Shown: positions 9,047 through 18,497, numbered from the stretch's first letter. The stretch: DNA of 22,854 nucleotides from Bacteriovoracaceae bacterium (GCA_049599895.1 JBMYPC010000045.1:1-22854), one strand, 5' to 3'. A program made the numbers and translations. Notes: generated by a model from the letters alone, not told the origin.

Positions 9047-10135
9047 ATGAAAGCTGTAGTGGATCAAATTGATCTTTTAAAATCTTCCTATCATTACGAA
9101 CTTCCCGAAGAATTGATCGCTCAAAGGCCAACGCAAAAGAGGGATGAATGTCTTTTGCTCGCATATGATCATGGAAACGATGCTTTGAGTCATGAGAAGT
9201 TTCATGATCTTTTAGAAATTCTTCCTAAAAATACAACTCTTGTTCTCAATGAATCAAAAGTTATTCCATCAAGGCTTCTTCTAAAAAAAGCTTCTGGTGG
9301 AAAAGTTGAAGTTTTTGTTCTCGATCTTATGCCGATAGATGGTGTCGTGAACTGTTTGATTCGTTCAAATAAGGCAAAAAAACTAGGGGAGAAGTACTAT
9401 CTTTCTTCAGACGACCCTGAAAACTCTAACCCTGTGGCGGAGATCGTAGAAGCCTCCCCTGAGGGTTTCAAACTCAAGTTTTTTACAGATGACCTTGAAA
9501 CTTTTTTAAACTTACATGGGCTTCTTCCAATTCCTCCTTATATTAGAGGAGGTCTTTCCGATGAAGAAGACAGAGAGGATTATCAAACTGTTTTTGCCGA
9601 GAAAAAAGGCTCAGTCGCTGCTCCAACAGCTGGGCTTCATTTTACTGAGAGTATGTTAGAGGCCCTTAAAGAGAAGGGGATTGAAATCATAAGAATCTGT
9701 CTGCATGTGGGTCTTGGTACTTTCGCTCCAGTTAAGAGCGATGATTTAAGCTCTCATAAAATGCATACGGAGATTTTTGAACTTTCAAAAGAAAATTTTG
9801 AGAAAATAAAATCAGCAACAAATCTCGTGGCCGTGGGGACGACTTCATTAAGAGTGATTGAAACTCTTAATCGTGAAGAGTTTAATGATTCATGGAAGCT
9901 TAATGGGGATATGATCTTTGGTGAAACCGATATCTTTTTAAATACTTCAAATCCGGTTCAACATGTTCATGGGCTTATTACAAATTTTCATCTTCCTGAG
10001 TCGACTCTCTTAATGTTGGTGGCATCCATGGTAGGAAGAGAAAAAATATTAGACATCTATAAAGAAGCAGTTAAAAAGAGGTATCGATTTTTCTCCTATG
10101 GAGATGCGATGTTTCTTACAGGATTAGAGAATTGA
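9047..10135 (+). CDS. queA: S-adenosylmethionine:tRNA ribosyltransferase-isomerase
   Basis: YELPEELIAQ, PIPPYI, YQTVFA, GSVAAPTAGLHF, HVGLGTF, VGTT, TNFHLP, YRFFSYGDAM. Confidence 0.98.
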   Translation: MKAVVDQIDLLKSSYHYELPEELIAQRPTQKRDECLLLAYDHGNDALSHEKFHDLLEILPKNTTLVLNESKVIPSRLLLKKASGGKVEVFVLDLMPIDGVVNCLIRSNKAKKLGEKYYLSSDDPENSNPVAEIVEASPEGFKLKFFTDDLETFLNLHGLLPIPPYIRGGLSDEEDREDYQTVFAEKKGSVAAPTAGLHFTESMLEALKEKGIEIIRICLHVGLGTFAPVKSDDLSSHKMHTEIFELSKENFEKIKSATNLVAVGTTSLRVIETLNREEFNDSWKLNGDMIFGETDIFLNTSNPVQHVHGLITNFHLPESTLLMLVASMVGREKILDIYKEAVKKRYRFFSYGDAMFLTGLEN

Positions 10136-11253
10136 AAAAATGTGAGTTTAAATTAGAGGCCAAGTGTGCAGAAGCCAGAGCAGGTGAATTTGAAACTGCT
10201 CATGGTACAGTGAAAACCCCAATCTTTATGCCTGTGGGGACAAAGGGATCGGTTAAGCTCATGAAGCCAGAGTCCCTTGAGGATGTTGGCGCGCAAATTA
10301 TTCTTGGTAACACCTACCATCTTTATCTCAGACCAGGGCCTGAGTTTATTCGAAAAAATTACTCAACTCTTCATAAGTTCATGCGTTGGGATAAACCTAT
10401 CCTCACTGACTCTGGTGGTTATCAAGTTTTTTCACTTTCTGGAATCAATAATATCACTGAAAAAGGAGTTCAGTTTCGTTCTCATCTCGATGGCTCAAAG
10501 CATATGATTACCCCAGAAAAGTCTATGGAGATTCAAAGAGACTTAGGATCAGACATTGTCATGGCCTTTGATGAATGCCCATCGCTTCCGGCAAGCACTG
10601 ATCAAATTAAAAAGGCCGTGGATCGTACCTATCGTTGGGCAAAAAGATGTAAAGAAGTTGAACTCAGAGATCATCAGTTTCTCTTTGGGATCAATCAAGG
10701 TGGGACGGAGCTTAAGCTTCGCTTAGAATCTCTTGAGGGTTTAAAAGAGCTTGGCTTTAGTGCCCATGCTATTGGTGGACTTTCAGTAGGTGAAAAAACT
10801 GATGAGATGCGAGAGCTTCTTGAAAACTTTGTTCCTCACATCCCAAGTGAAACTCCTCGCTATTTAATGGGAATTGGAAAACCATTAGACATTCTTCATG
10901 CCATAAAGTCTGGGGTGGATATGTTTGATTGTGTTCTTCCTACGAGAAATGCAAGAAATGGCCAGGCGTTAACAAGTTATGGGCCTTTAAATATTAAGAA
11001 TGCTCGCTTTTCTAATGATCTTGAGCCGCTTGATCCTCATTGTGATTGCTACGCCTGTAAGAACTTTGATCGAGCGACAATTCATCACCTCTATAAGTCT
11101 AAAGAGCCACTGGCCTCAATGCTTATAACGGAACACAACCTGCGTTTTTATCTCAATTTAACTAAGACGGCACGGAGCAAGATCATTAGTGGTGAGTTTG
11201 ACGAATTTTATCAACAGTTTTATAAATCTTATTCTGAAGAGCGTTACAGATAA
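10132..11253 (+). CDS. tgt: tRNA-guanine transglycosylase
   Basis: TPIFMPVGT, NTYHL, DSGGYQVFSL, AFDEC, GGLSVGE, DMFDCVLPTRNAR, zinc site CDCYAC..HN. TTG start overlaps the queA stop. Confidence 0.98.
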   Translation: MKKCEFKLEAKCAEARAGEFETAHGTVKTPIFMPVGTKGSVKLMKPESLEDVGAQIILGNTYHLYLRPGPEFIRKNYSTLHKFMRWDKPILTDSGGYQVFSLSGINNITEKGVQFRSHLDGSKHMITPEKSMEIQRDLGSDIVMAFDECPSLPASTDQIKKAVDRTYRWAKRCKEVELRDHQFLFGINQGGTELKLRLESLEGLKELGFSAHAIGGLSVGEKTDEMRELLENFVPHIPSETPRYLMGIGKPLDILHAIKSGVDMFDCVLPTRNARNGQALTSYGPLNIKNARFSNDLEPLDPHCDCYACKNFDRATIHHLYKSKEPLASMLITEHNLRFYLNLTKTARSKIISGEFDEFYQQFYKSYSEERYR

Positions 11254-11300
11254 TTAAATGACTATAGCTGTCATTTAAAGAATATATTTAAGGAGATCTC

Positions 11301-11717
11301 ATGTTCACAAAATTCATTTCGATTCTTTTTCTTGTTGTGGCTTCAAACGAAGTAATGGCACAAGCTGCAGCTCCTGCGACAGCGGCTCAACCAAGTCCTT
11401 TTGGTTCATTTGCTCCTTTAATTATTATTTTTGTTATTTTTTACTTCTTAATGATTCGTCCTCAGAAAAAGCGTCTTGAGCAGGAGCAAAAGGCCCTAGC
11501 GCAACTTGCTAAAGGTGATGAAGTCTACACAAAGTCTGGAATTATTGGAGTGATCACTGGTCTTTCAGATAAAGTGGCAACTCTTGAAGTTTCAGAAGGT
11601 GTCAAAATTAAAGTTCTTCGCTCTCACCTGGGTGGACAGACGAAGAAGATTTTTGAAAGCAACGAATCAAACCCAAAAAAGACAGACGACAAAAATAAAA
11701 AGCTGACTCCAGCCTAA
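11301..11717 (+). CDS. yajC: Preprotein translocase subunit YajC
   Basis: FYFLMIRPQKK, LAKGDEVYTKSGIIG; AAGGAG SD; position after tgt. Confidence 0.96.
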   Translation: MFTKFISILFLVVASNEVMAQAAAPATAAQPSPFGSFAPLIIIFVIFYFLMIRPQKKRLEQEQKALAQLAKGDEVYTKSGIIGVITGLSDKVATLEVSEGVKIKVLRSHLGGQTKKIFESNESNPKKTDDKNKKLTPA

Positions 11718-11736
11718 AATTGTTTAATATAGTCAT

Positions 11737-12054
11737 ATGTTCGGTTTAGGTATCGGCGAAGTCCTTCTCATATTTGTCTTCGCCATCATTTTTATTGGCC
11801 CAAAGAAGTTACCAGATCTCGCCAAGAGCTTGGGTAAGGGAATCCGTGATTTTCAAAGGGCCAAAAATGACCTTTTAGATGACATTAATAATGAGGGCCA
11901 AACGACCCATTCTACTGATCTTCCAACCGGTGTCGAGGCTCCAGCCCAATACATTGGTGATGATAAGATGACTCATCATGATGATCATGAAGACTATGAA
12001 ATTCATGACGAGACGAATAACAAAACTGATGAGAACAAAGAAAGTTCTTCATAG
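11737..12054 (+). CDS. tatA: Twin-arginine translocase TatA/TatB-family subunit
   Basis: MFGLGIGEVLLIFVFAIIFIGPKKLPDLAKSLGKGIRDFQRA. TatA versus TatB not resolved. Confidence 0.88.
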   Translation: MFGLGIGEVLLIFVFAIIFIGPKKLPDLAKSLGKGIRDFQRAKNDLLDDINNEGQTTHSTDLPTGVEAPAQYIGDDKMTHHDDHEDYEIHDETNNKTDENKESSS

Positions 12055-12124
12055 TCAAAAGCAAAAAACTCAAGAAAGCCTCTAGCAGGTTTTATTAATA
12101 ATGCAATATGTACATGATTAGACG

Positions 12125-12157
12125 TTGCTATCTAGTTGGTATCCTTATTATAATAAG
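12125..12157 (+). promoter_or_regulatory. Sigma70-type promoter for secDF
   Basis: TTGCTA (12125-30), 18 nt, TATAAT (12149-54). The -10 lies inside the perfect palindrome CTTATTATAATAAG (12144-57). Confidence 0.55.
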
Positions 12158-12254
12158 TGACTGATTTGAGTCTTTTGAATTTTCCTTAGTATCTATAGAG
12201 GATAGAGAAATCAAATCCACGTAAGAACTTCACCCTACGACTTAGGAGATTAAT

Positions 12255-13961
12255 ATGCGTCGAGGTTGGTGGTACCGCTTCATCTTTTTATTTATCGTGA
12301 CAACTCTTTCTGTAATGGCCGTGATGCCAACAGCATTAGATTTATCACCTGAAGATAATTTTCCTGTAAAAAGTAAAGTCAACTTAGGTCTCGACCTTCA
12401 GGGTGGGCTTTATATGATTTTGGGAATTGATTTCAACAAAGCTTATAAAGACGAAATCAACTCTGTTATCAGAAGAATGAATAACTACCTCGAAGAGGAA
12501 GAGTTAACATCCTCAATTGGAACAGTTGAAATTATTGATGTGACTGATCCAATGCAATGGCTTGAAATTGATGCAGCCAAAACAGAAGAGATTAAAAATA
12601 AGCTTCGAGAATCAGGTCTTACTACTCTTGTTCGTTTAACAGCTGAAGAAGAGGGAAAACTTAAGTACGGACTGACAAAAGCAAGAAGAACTGAAATTAA
12701 AGAACAAGCTGTGACTAAATCAATCGAAGTTATTAGAAACCGTATTGATGAGTTTGGTGTTACTGAGCCAGAGATTACTTCTCAAGGTGAAGATCGTATT
12801 GTTGTTCAACTTCCAGGTGTTCGAGACATTGAAAGAGCGAAGGCCTTAATTGGTAAGACAGCAAAACTTGAATTCAAAATGGTTAATAACGAAATCCCAA
12901 CGTCACAGATTGTTGAGTGGGTTCAAAAAGCTGAAGAGGCGGGGATTAAGTTTGAAAGAGGCGGACGTTTTAGCGAATATCTGGACCAACTTAATATTCA
13001 TCTTAAAAGTGAGCTTCCCAAAGGTTATGTGATTGCCTTTGAAAAGAAGGTGAGTAAAAACACAAATGAAGTGACAGAGCAGATTCCTTATCTTGTTGAT
13101 GAAACTCCAAGAATTACAGGGGATCTTCTTCAAGAAGCTCGAGTCGCGATTGATCAACAAAAGAATGAGCCTTATGTTTCTCTTGAATTTAAAAGCGCTG
13201 GAGCAACTCTTTTTGAGAAAGTGACTGACGAAAATGTTGGTCGAAACATGGCGATTATTCTCGATGGTAACGTTTATAGTGCACCAAATATTAGAGAGAG
13301 AATCTCTGGTGGACGAGCTTCAATTACTCTAGGCTCTGGTGGTTACAACCGAGTCTTAAGAGAGGCACGAGACCTTGCTCTGGTTTTAAGAGCTGGTGCT
13401 CTTCCTGTTCAACTTGATTTTGAAGAGCAAAGAACTGTTGGTCCAAGTCTTGGTCAAGATGCTATTGCAAAAGCTCGTTATGGAGGATTACTCGGAATCG
13501 TTGCAGTTTTCCTTTTCATCTTCTTTTACTACAGAGTTTCTGGAGCGATTGCGACTACAACACTTTGTCTTAACGTCATTTTTGTTCTTGCCGTTCTCGT
13601 AGGCTTTGAAGCGACATTAACTCTTCCAGGTATTGCCGGGATTGCTCTTACTGTTGGTATGGCGGTTGATGCGAACATCATTATCTATGAACGGATCCGT
13701 GAAGAGGTGAGAAAAGGTGTGAGCTATTACAAAGCCGTTGAAAGTGGTTTTGCTCATGCATTCTGGACGATTATTGATGCGAACATCACAACAGCTCTTG
13801 CGGGGATCGCTCTAATTAACTTTGGTACCGGGCCGATTCGAGGATTCGCGGTAACATTATTGATTGGAATTGTTTCGACAATTTACACATCTTATTTTGT
13901 GAGTAAGTTATTTTTTGAGTTTTACCTTAATAAGGTTGAAGGTCAGAAGTTATCAATTTAA
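12255..13961 (+). CDS. secD: Protein translocase subunit SecD
   Basis: LGLDLQGG, RNRIDEFGVTEP, RIVVQLPG, LRAGALP, VGPSLG, TLTLPGIAG, GMAVDANIIIYERIREE, TIIDANITT. Confidence 0.98.
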   Translation: MRRGWWYRFIFLFIVTTLSVMAVMPTALDLSPEDNFPVKSKVNLGLDLQGGLYMILGIDFNKAYKDEINSVIRRMNNYLEEEELTSSIGTVEIIDVTDPMQWLEIDAAKTEEIKNKLRESGLTTLVRLTAEEEGKLKYGLTKARRTEIKEQAVTKSIEVIRNRIDEFGVTEPEITSQGEDRIVVQLPGVRDIERAKALIGKTAKLEFKMVNNEIPTSQIVEWVQKAEEAGIKFERGGRFSEYLDQLNIHLKSELPKGYVIAFEKKVSKNTNEVTEQIPYLVDETPRITGDLLQEARVAIDQQKNEPYVSLEFKSAGATLFEKVTDENVGRNMAIILDGNVYSAPNIRERISGGRASITLGSGGYNRVLREARDLALVLRAGALPVQLDFEEQRTVGPSLGQDAIAKARYGGLLGIVAVFLFIFFYYRVSGAIATTTLCLNVIFVLAVLVGFEATLTLPGIAGIALTVGMAVDANIIIYERIREEVRKGVSYYKAVESGFAHAFWTIIDANITTALAGIALINFGTGPIRGFAVTLLIGIVSTIYTSYFVSKLFFEFYLNKVEGQKLSI

Positions 13962-13995
13962 TTAATTTTATTTTTTATAAAGAGGGGCTTTGCTC

Positions 13996-14934
13996 ATGTT
14001 TCAGATAATCAAACAAACGAGTATTAAATTTACGAGTTATTTTAAGATGACCGCACCAGTTTCAATTATTCTCGTGCTCGCTTCATTATTTCTTATTCTT
14101 ACGAATATGCAATATGGAGTCGACTTTAGAGGGGGAGCTGAGGTTCAGGTGAAGTTTTCTGAAACGGTTGGCCTTAATGACATTAGAAAGTCCTTATCTG
14201 AAGCCGGCTATAAGGCCGTAGTTCAAACCATTGGTGAAGCTAGTGATAACGAGGCCCTTATTAAGGTTCAGGCCAGTGAAAATGAACTTAATAAGGTTGC
14301 GGATGAGGTAGGAGCAAGTCTTAAAACAAACTTTGCAGCAAAAAACCCTGAGATTCGAAAGATTGATATAGTCGGGCCAAAAGCTGGTGCTCAGTTAAGA
14401 CTGAGTGGTTTTCAAGCGATGTTTTATGCCTTGATTGCCATTATGATCTATATCGGTCTTAGGTTTGATTTTAAATATTCTCCAGGTGCAATTGTCGCTC
14501 TTTTTCACGATGTGACGATCATCTTAGGTGTTTATTCACTTGCTGGGATTGAGTTTACTCTACAAACCGTTGCCGCTCTTCTTGCGGTTATTGGTTACTC
14601 GGTTAACGACACCGTTATTGTTTATGACCGAGTTCGTGAGCATGAGCAGAAATATGCTGGAAGAGATCTTAAAGAGCATATTGATAATGCCGTTAATGAA
14701 ACCCTCTCAAGAACAATCTTAACATCAAGCACAACTCTATTTGTTTCGGCTGCGATGTTCTTTTTTGGAGGCGCAGCTCTTCATGACTTTTTTACGGCCA
14801 TTACCCTTGGTGTCATTATCGGTACTTACTCATCAATCTTTGTTGCAGCACCTGTAACGCTGATTCTTGATAGAGTGAAGTCTGGTAAAGCGAGCTCATC
14901 AGCTTCTGGGACAGCGGCCAAGTCTTCAATTTAG
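13996..14934 (+). CDS. secF: Protein translocase subunit SecF
   Basis: GVDFRGG, VGPKAG, ALFHDV, IGYSVNDTVIVYDRVRE, TLSRTILTS, GTYSSIFVA. Start is ATG 13996 or TTG 13990. Confidence 0.98.
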   Translation: MFQIIKQTSIKFTSYFKMTAPVSIILVLASLFLILTNMQYGVDFRGGAEVQVKFSETVGLNDIRKSLSEAGYKAVVQTIGEASDNEALIKVQASENELNKVADEVGASLKTNFAAKNPEIRKIDIVGPKAGAQLRLSGFQAMFYALIAIMIYIGLRFDFKYSPGAIVALFHDVTIILGVYSLAGIEFTLQTVAALLAVIGYSVNDTVIVYDRVREHEQKYAGRDLKEHIDNAVNETLSRTILTSSTTLFVSAAMFFFGGAALHDFFTAITLGVIIGTYSSIFVAAPVTLILDRVKSGKASSSASGTAAKSSI

Positions 14935-15066
14935 TTTTTTGAACAGACCTAAATAACACGACAACTTTTATCACAAGCTCATAACGAGTATGGTGTCATT
15001 GTGCTTCTTGAAAGGACGAAAATAGTTTTACCGGTTGAGAAGAGTATCTAAAAAAATCTGACATCT

Positions 15067-15083
15067 GGAGGCTTTACGCCTCC
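15067..15083. terminator. GC-rich hairpin, possible terminator downstream of secF
   Basis: GGAGGC-TTTAC-GCCTCC; no clear U-tract. Confidence 0.35.
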
Positions 15084-15188
15084 TAATCCGTTAATAACTT
15101 TACGACTGCTTGAAGATTTTCCTAATCTTAATGGTACGCTTTTGATTTTTTTAAACAGTAGTGTTTTTGGCTTAATTAGGGGGAGATC

Positions 15189-15887
15189 ATGAAGCAATTA
15201 ATGGGAATTTTAACTATTGGATTACTTGTTTTAACAGGTTGCGGTAAGGATAATGAAACTTCGGCAGATACCCCTGTTGATGGACAAAATAATGGCAACA
15301 ATTCACAGAAACATTTCTGTTCCATTCAAGACCCCCAAGGTCGTAACGATTTAAGAAGAGAAACTCGTTACGTGGTCGATCGCTTTAGTCTTAGAGAAGA
15401 GCGTGGGAATAATTTAGGAGAGATGGAAAGAACCAGACTTCGGTTCTCTTTTAAGCGTGGAGTAACTGTCTCTAAACGAGTGAGAAAATATACTTGGGTA
15501 GAGAGAGATCCAAATAGAAGAAGAGACAGATTTAATGACGATTTTTTTATCGTCGAAGATAATAGAAGAAGCCCTGACCGCAGACAAGATTCTGTAAAAA
15601 TGCCTGATTATACAGTTGTCTTTTTCGAGGATGTCTATCGAAGACGTCTAAGAAATGAGCTTGATAAGCAAACGAGGCTTTTTAGAAGGCTTGTTCGCGA
15701 CAATCCACACCTAAAGCAAAACTCTGGTTATTTTGATCCTGATGAAGCGATCAAGGTAAGGTCTTTTGGTCCAGTTTCAAGTGACCCTCGAAGAAGAAAT
15801 GAAGTTATGATTGCCTTTCCTTGTAAGGCCTACACAGATGACTTTCTTCTTAAGAAAACAAAGAATACAAATAGACCAAGAAGATAG
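15189..15887 (+). CDS. Arg/Asp-rich hypothetical lipoprotein
   Basis: GGGGAG SD; lipobox LTGC after a hydrophobic stretch. Confidence 0.8.
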   Translation: MKQLMGILTIGLLVLTGCGKDNETSADTPVDGQNNGNNSQKHFCSIQDPQGRNDLRRETRYVVDRFSLREERGNNLGEMERTRLRFSFKRGVTVSKRVRKYTWVERDPNRRRDRFNDDFFIVEDNRRSPDRRQDSVKMPDYTVVFFEDVYRRRLRNELDKQTRLFRRLVRDNPHLKQNSGYFDPDEAIKVRSFGPVSSDPRRRNEVMIAFPCKAYTDDFLLKKTKNTNRPRR

Positions 15888-15901
15888 GATTCGCTTTCTT
15901 C

Positions 15902-17677
15902 TTAATTAGGGTCAATGACGGGAATGCAGCCAAAGCGCCTGTCCGCTGCTGTGATGTCTGTCCCAATTGCACTTGAGACTGGTGCTGTTCCACCGTTTCG
16001 GATTTCTTTAATGGTTCTAATCGTAAAGAGAGACTGAGTTGATTTTTTTGTAAAAGGATTGACTGGATCTGGTGGCCAGTAAAAGTGAATGTCTCTTTGA
16101 GTTGATGTGATGTTATTGTGTTCAACATGCTGTCCATTATCAAAGTAAAACCAAATCTTTTTTAGTTGTGATTCGCGAATGACCATTAAAACATCATTAA
16201 TAATTTCAAGTTGATTTGTTTGTGGGAAAACGAAAGTTTTGGGTTCTCTTAGAGCGAAATAAATACCTTCTGTATCGCCACCAATAATATCTTTCATGAC
16301 TCTAAAGGTTGGGTCATTACTATTATAATGTTCTTCGGTTGGACAAAATGGAGTTCCCCCTTGAGAGATATTGGTGAAGGCCTGCATATAATAACCAGAG
16401 ATTCCCTCTACTTGATTCCCTGAAGCGGACCCATCAATGCTGATTGATGGTACTAAGGGAAGAGTGATTGGCTGAAAAAGATTGAGACTGGCCGATACTG
16501 AATATTCTTCGGAGAGCTTTCTTTCAAGAATATCATTAATATCTCGTTTTCCATTTTTATCGTAATCAAGAAAGCGCAAATCTTTTTTATCCCAGAGTCC
16601 AAAGTGGCCCGGAATAAGATTGAGGCGAGGGTAGCTTACGTTATCGTTTCGTGGGTATTTTTGAATATCATGACAAAAGACACTCAGAACTTCTGGAGGA
16701 AGTGCTGGTGGTGTTTCAACTCCTGGGAAGTAGTAATACCTTTCGATGATATCGGCTGTGGTGATGTCAGTCGAGTTTTGAACCGTTCCAATAAGTGCTG
16801 TTATACAATTGTATTGAGAGATTGCTGTAAATGCGAGTTGAGTTTCAGGGAGAGTGTTTCCATCATTATCTTCAGGGTAATCGTATCTTGTAATTTGTTT
16901 TGCTTCTGTTTGAGCGTTTGAACCACTTCCTGTCTCAACGATTCGAAAGATGAAAGGCTTGTTGTAGGGAAGAAGAGTCGTAATGTCGGCTGTAAAGCTA
17001 TTGCTTCCTGATATGGTTCGAATTTGAAACTCTTGAGTTGTTCCATCACGAGTGGCCTGAAGCTTACAAGAGGGAGAGGAGCCACCATCTTGAATCGTTC
17101 TTGTACACCAGTTGTGAAGATTTCCAAAGTCTGGGTTGGCCTCGACTTCAGGATCAAGAGTCACGGTTCCATAGAGAGTTGAGGTTGCAGAACTTGGCTT
17201 AGAAGCACAGAAGCTTTGACAGTCTCCTAAACTGTCGTGGCGTCCATCTTTACAAGCACAAAACCCTTCATCAATTTCAATTTTGTTTGTAGGCCTTTTA
17301 ATAGGAAGACAAATATCTCTATTCTTTGCAACGTCTTGAAGGATGTCTGATTTCTCTGTTGAGGTTAAAGAAGTATCGGGAGTGAGATAAGTCGAGATAT
17401 AATCATTAACTTTGTTTTCACCACTTGTGCTTGTTGTATCAACTTGTTCAGTAAAGTCGGGGCAGCTCGTAGCACATTCAAAGTTTAAAAGATCATAATT
17501 TGATTCAAAGCATGTCCCATCATCTGGATCTTGATCAGATTCACTATTTTCTGTTCCTTCTCCAAGCTCAATTGAAGGTCTTCCTGGGCCACCACTATCG
17601 ATACCCGCAAGACATGATGCGAGTCCTAAGCCCATTAAGAGCAAAAGAAGAATTTGGTTTATCTTTGCTTTTTTCAT
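15902..17677 (-). CDS. Cys-rich hypothetical lipoprotein
   Basis: 591-aa ORF, MKKAKINQILLLLLMGLGLASC lipobox, many Cys. Confidence 0.85.
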   Translation of the reverse strand: MKKAKINQILLLLLMGLGLASCLAGIDSGGPGRPSIELGEGTENSESDQDPDDGTCFESNYDLLNFECATSCPDFTEQVDTTSTSGENKVNDYISTYLTPDTSLTSTEKSDILQDVAKNRDICLPIKRPTNKIEIDEGFCACKDGRHDSLGDCQSFCASKPSSATSTLYGTVTLDPEVEANPDFGNLHNWCTRTIQDGGSSPSCKLQATRDGTTQEFQIRTISGSNSFTADITTLLPYNKPFIFRIVETGSGSNAQTEAKQITRYDYPEDNDGNTLPETQLAFTAISQYNCITALIGTVQNSTDITTADIIERYYYFPGVETPPALPPEVLSVFCHDIQKYPRNDNVSYPRLNLIPGHFGLWDKKDLRFLDYDKNGKRDINDILERKLSEEYSVSASLNLFQPITLPLVPSISIDGSASGNQVEGISGYYMQAFTNISQGGTPFCPTEEHYNSNDPTFRVMKDIIGGDTEGIYFALREPKTFVFPQTNQLEIINDVLMVIRESQLKKIWFYFDNGQHVEHNNITSTQRDIHFYWPPDPVNPFTKKSTQSLFTIRTIKEIRNGGTAPVSSAIGTDITAADRRFGCIPVIDPN

Positions 17678-17696
17678 TAAATACTTTCTCTGAGCT

Positions 17697-17724
17697 TTAT
17701 CGACTAAATAAAATTAATACTTTA
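17697..17724 (-). promoter_or_regulatory. Putative sigma28 (FliA) promoter for the Cys-rich lipoprotein
   Basis: Minus strand TAAA-N16-GTCGATAA, ending about 20 nt before ATG 17677. Confidence 0.5.
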
Positions 17725-17915
17725 GTCACACACTCTTCTTTTATTTTAAGGGGTTAGTGAGTTCTAAAAAAGCTTTAAGATTAAAGCCCTTTAAAATTAG
17801 TTAGTTAGAGAGGTAATTTAAAAAATTCACTTTAAAGATTTGCCTAAATTTTTGGGCAGCTTTAGTGGTCGCAGATGACCTATTCTAACAGACTGAAAAA
17901 AGGCTGTTTTTTCTC

Positions 17916-17942
17916 TAAATGTTTGAATTTAAGCGCCGAAAA
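17916..17942 (+). promoter_or_regulatory. Putative sigma28 (FliA) promoter for the IHF/HU gene
   Basis: TAAA (17916-19)-N15-GCCGAAAA (17935-42) versus consensus TAAA-N15-GCCGATAA. Confidence 0.6.
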
Positions 17943-18020
17943 GAGGGTTGTAAGTTGCTAATAATGTTTAACCAGCATTTTCACTTAAAAGGCAAAAGTG
18001 AAAATTACGAGGGGGATCTC

Positions 18021-18326
18021 ATGACTAAGGCGGATTTAATTGCGGCCATTGAAAAACAAGCGAACTTAACTCATAAGCAAGCCGAAACAATTGTTAACAT
18101 TACTTTTGATTCAATGATTAAATCTCTTTATGAAGATGAAAGAATTGAAATTAGAGGTTTTGGTTCTTTTGCGAATCGAAACTATAAGGCCTATGAAGGA
18201 CGAAATCCCAAAACTGGTAAAGTGGTAAAAGTTCCACCAAAGAAAGTACCATTCTTTAAAGTTGGTAAAGAGCTAAAAGAAATGGTTGATGCTGGTAAAG
18301 ATAAGTACGTCATTAGAGAAGCTTAA
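18021..18326 (+). CDS. ihfB: Integration host factor beta / HU-family DNA-binding protein
   Basis: MTKADLI, RIEIRGFGSF, GRNPKTG, PFFKVGKELKEMVD. GAGGGG SD before ATG 18021. Confidence 0.88.
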   Translation: MTKADLIAAIEKQANLTHKQAETIVNITFDSMIKSLYEDERIEIRGFGSFANRNYKAYEGRNPKTGKVVKVPPKKVPFFKVGKELKEMVDAGKDKYVIREA

Positions 18327-18497
18327 AATTTAATCTTCTCCCTGAAGTTTAACACCACCTTGGTTATAAAAAGGCGCTATTGGCCAATTGAGAGCAAATT
18401 TTTATTTGGCCATTTCTGGCACTACAAATTTTACTGTTGGATTACTATGAATCGCCGTAACTATTCAGCGTGATTTTTGATTTCTATCATCAATGTA

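Noticed and set aside
14940..15060. Possible ncRNA downstream of secF
   Set aside because: Only short weak stems and no recognisable family motif.
15132..15147. Sigma54 promoter TGGTACGCTTTTGAT
   Set aside because: Spacing is GG-N9-GA rather than the required GG-N10-GC.
546..17757. Short alternative-frame ORFs inside long genes (e.g. 546, 4358, 4797, 5723, 5958, 7003, 7250, 7568, 8033, 8037, 10277, 12850, 12903, 13396, 14528, 15850, 16604, 16801, 17500)
   Set aside because: They are shadow ORFs of well-supported genes, with no recognisable motifs.
17919..18020. N-terminal extension of the IHF/HU protein given in the ORF track
   Set aside because: The family N-terminus and a strong SD point to ATG 18021, and the extension overlaps the predicted promoter.
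18330..18497. Left att copy of the tRNA-Cys 3' end
   Set aside because: No match to TGGAGGACGGGACC found by eye; only a TGGCCAA/TTGGCCA inverted repeat of unclear meaning.
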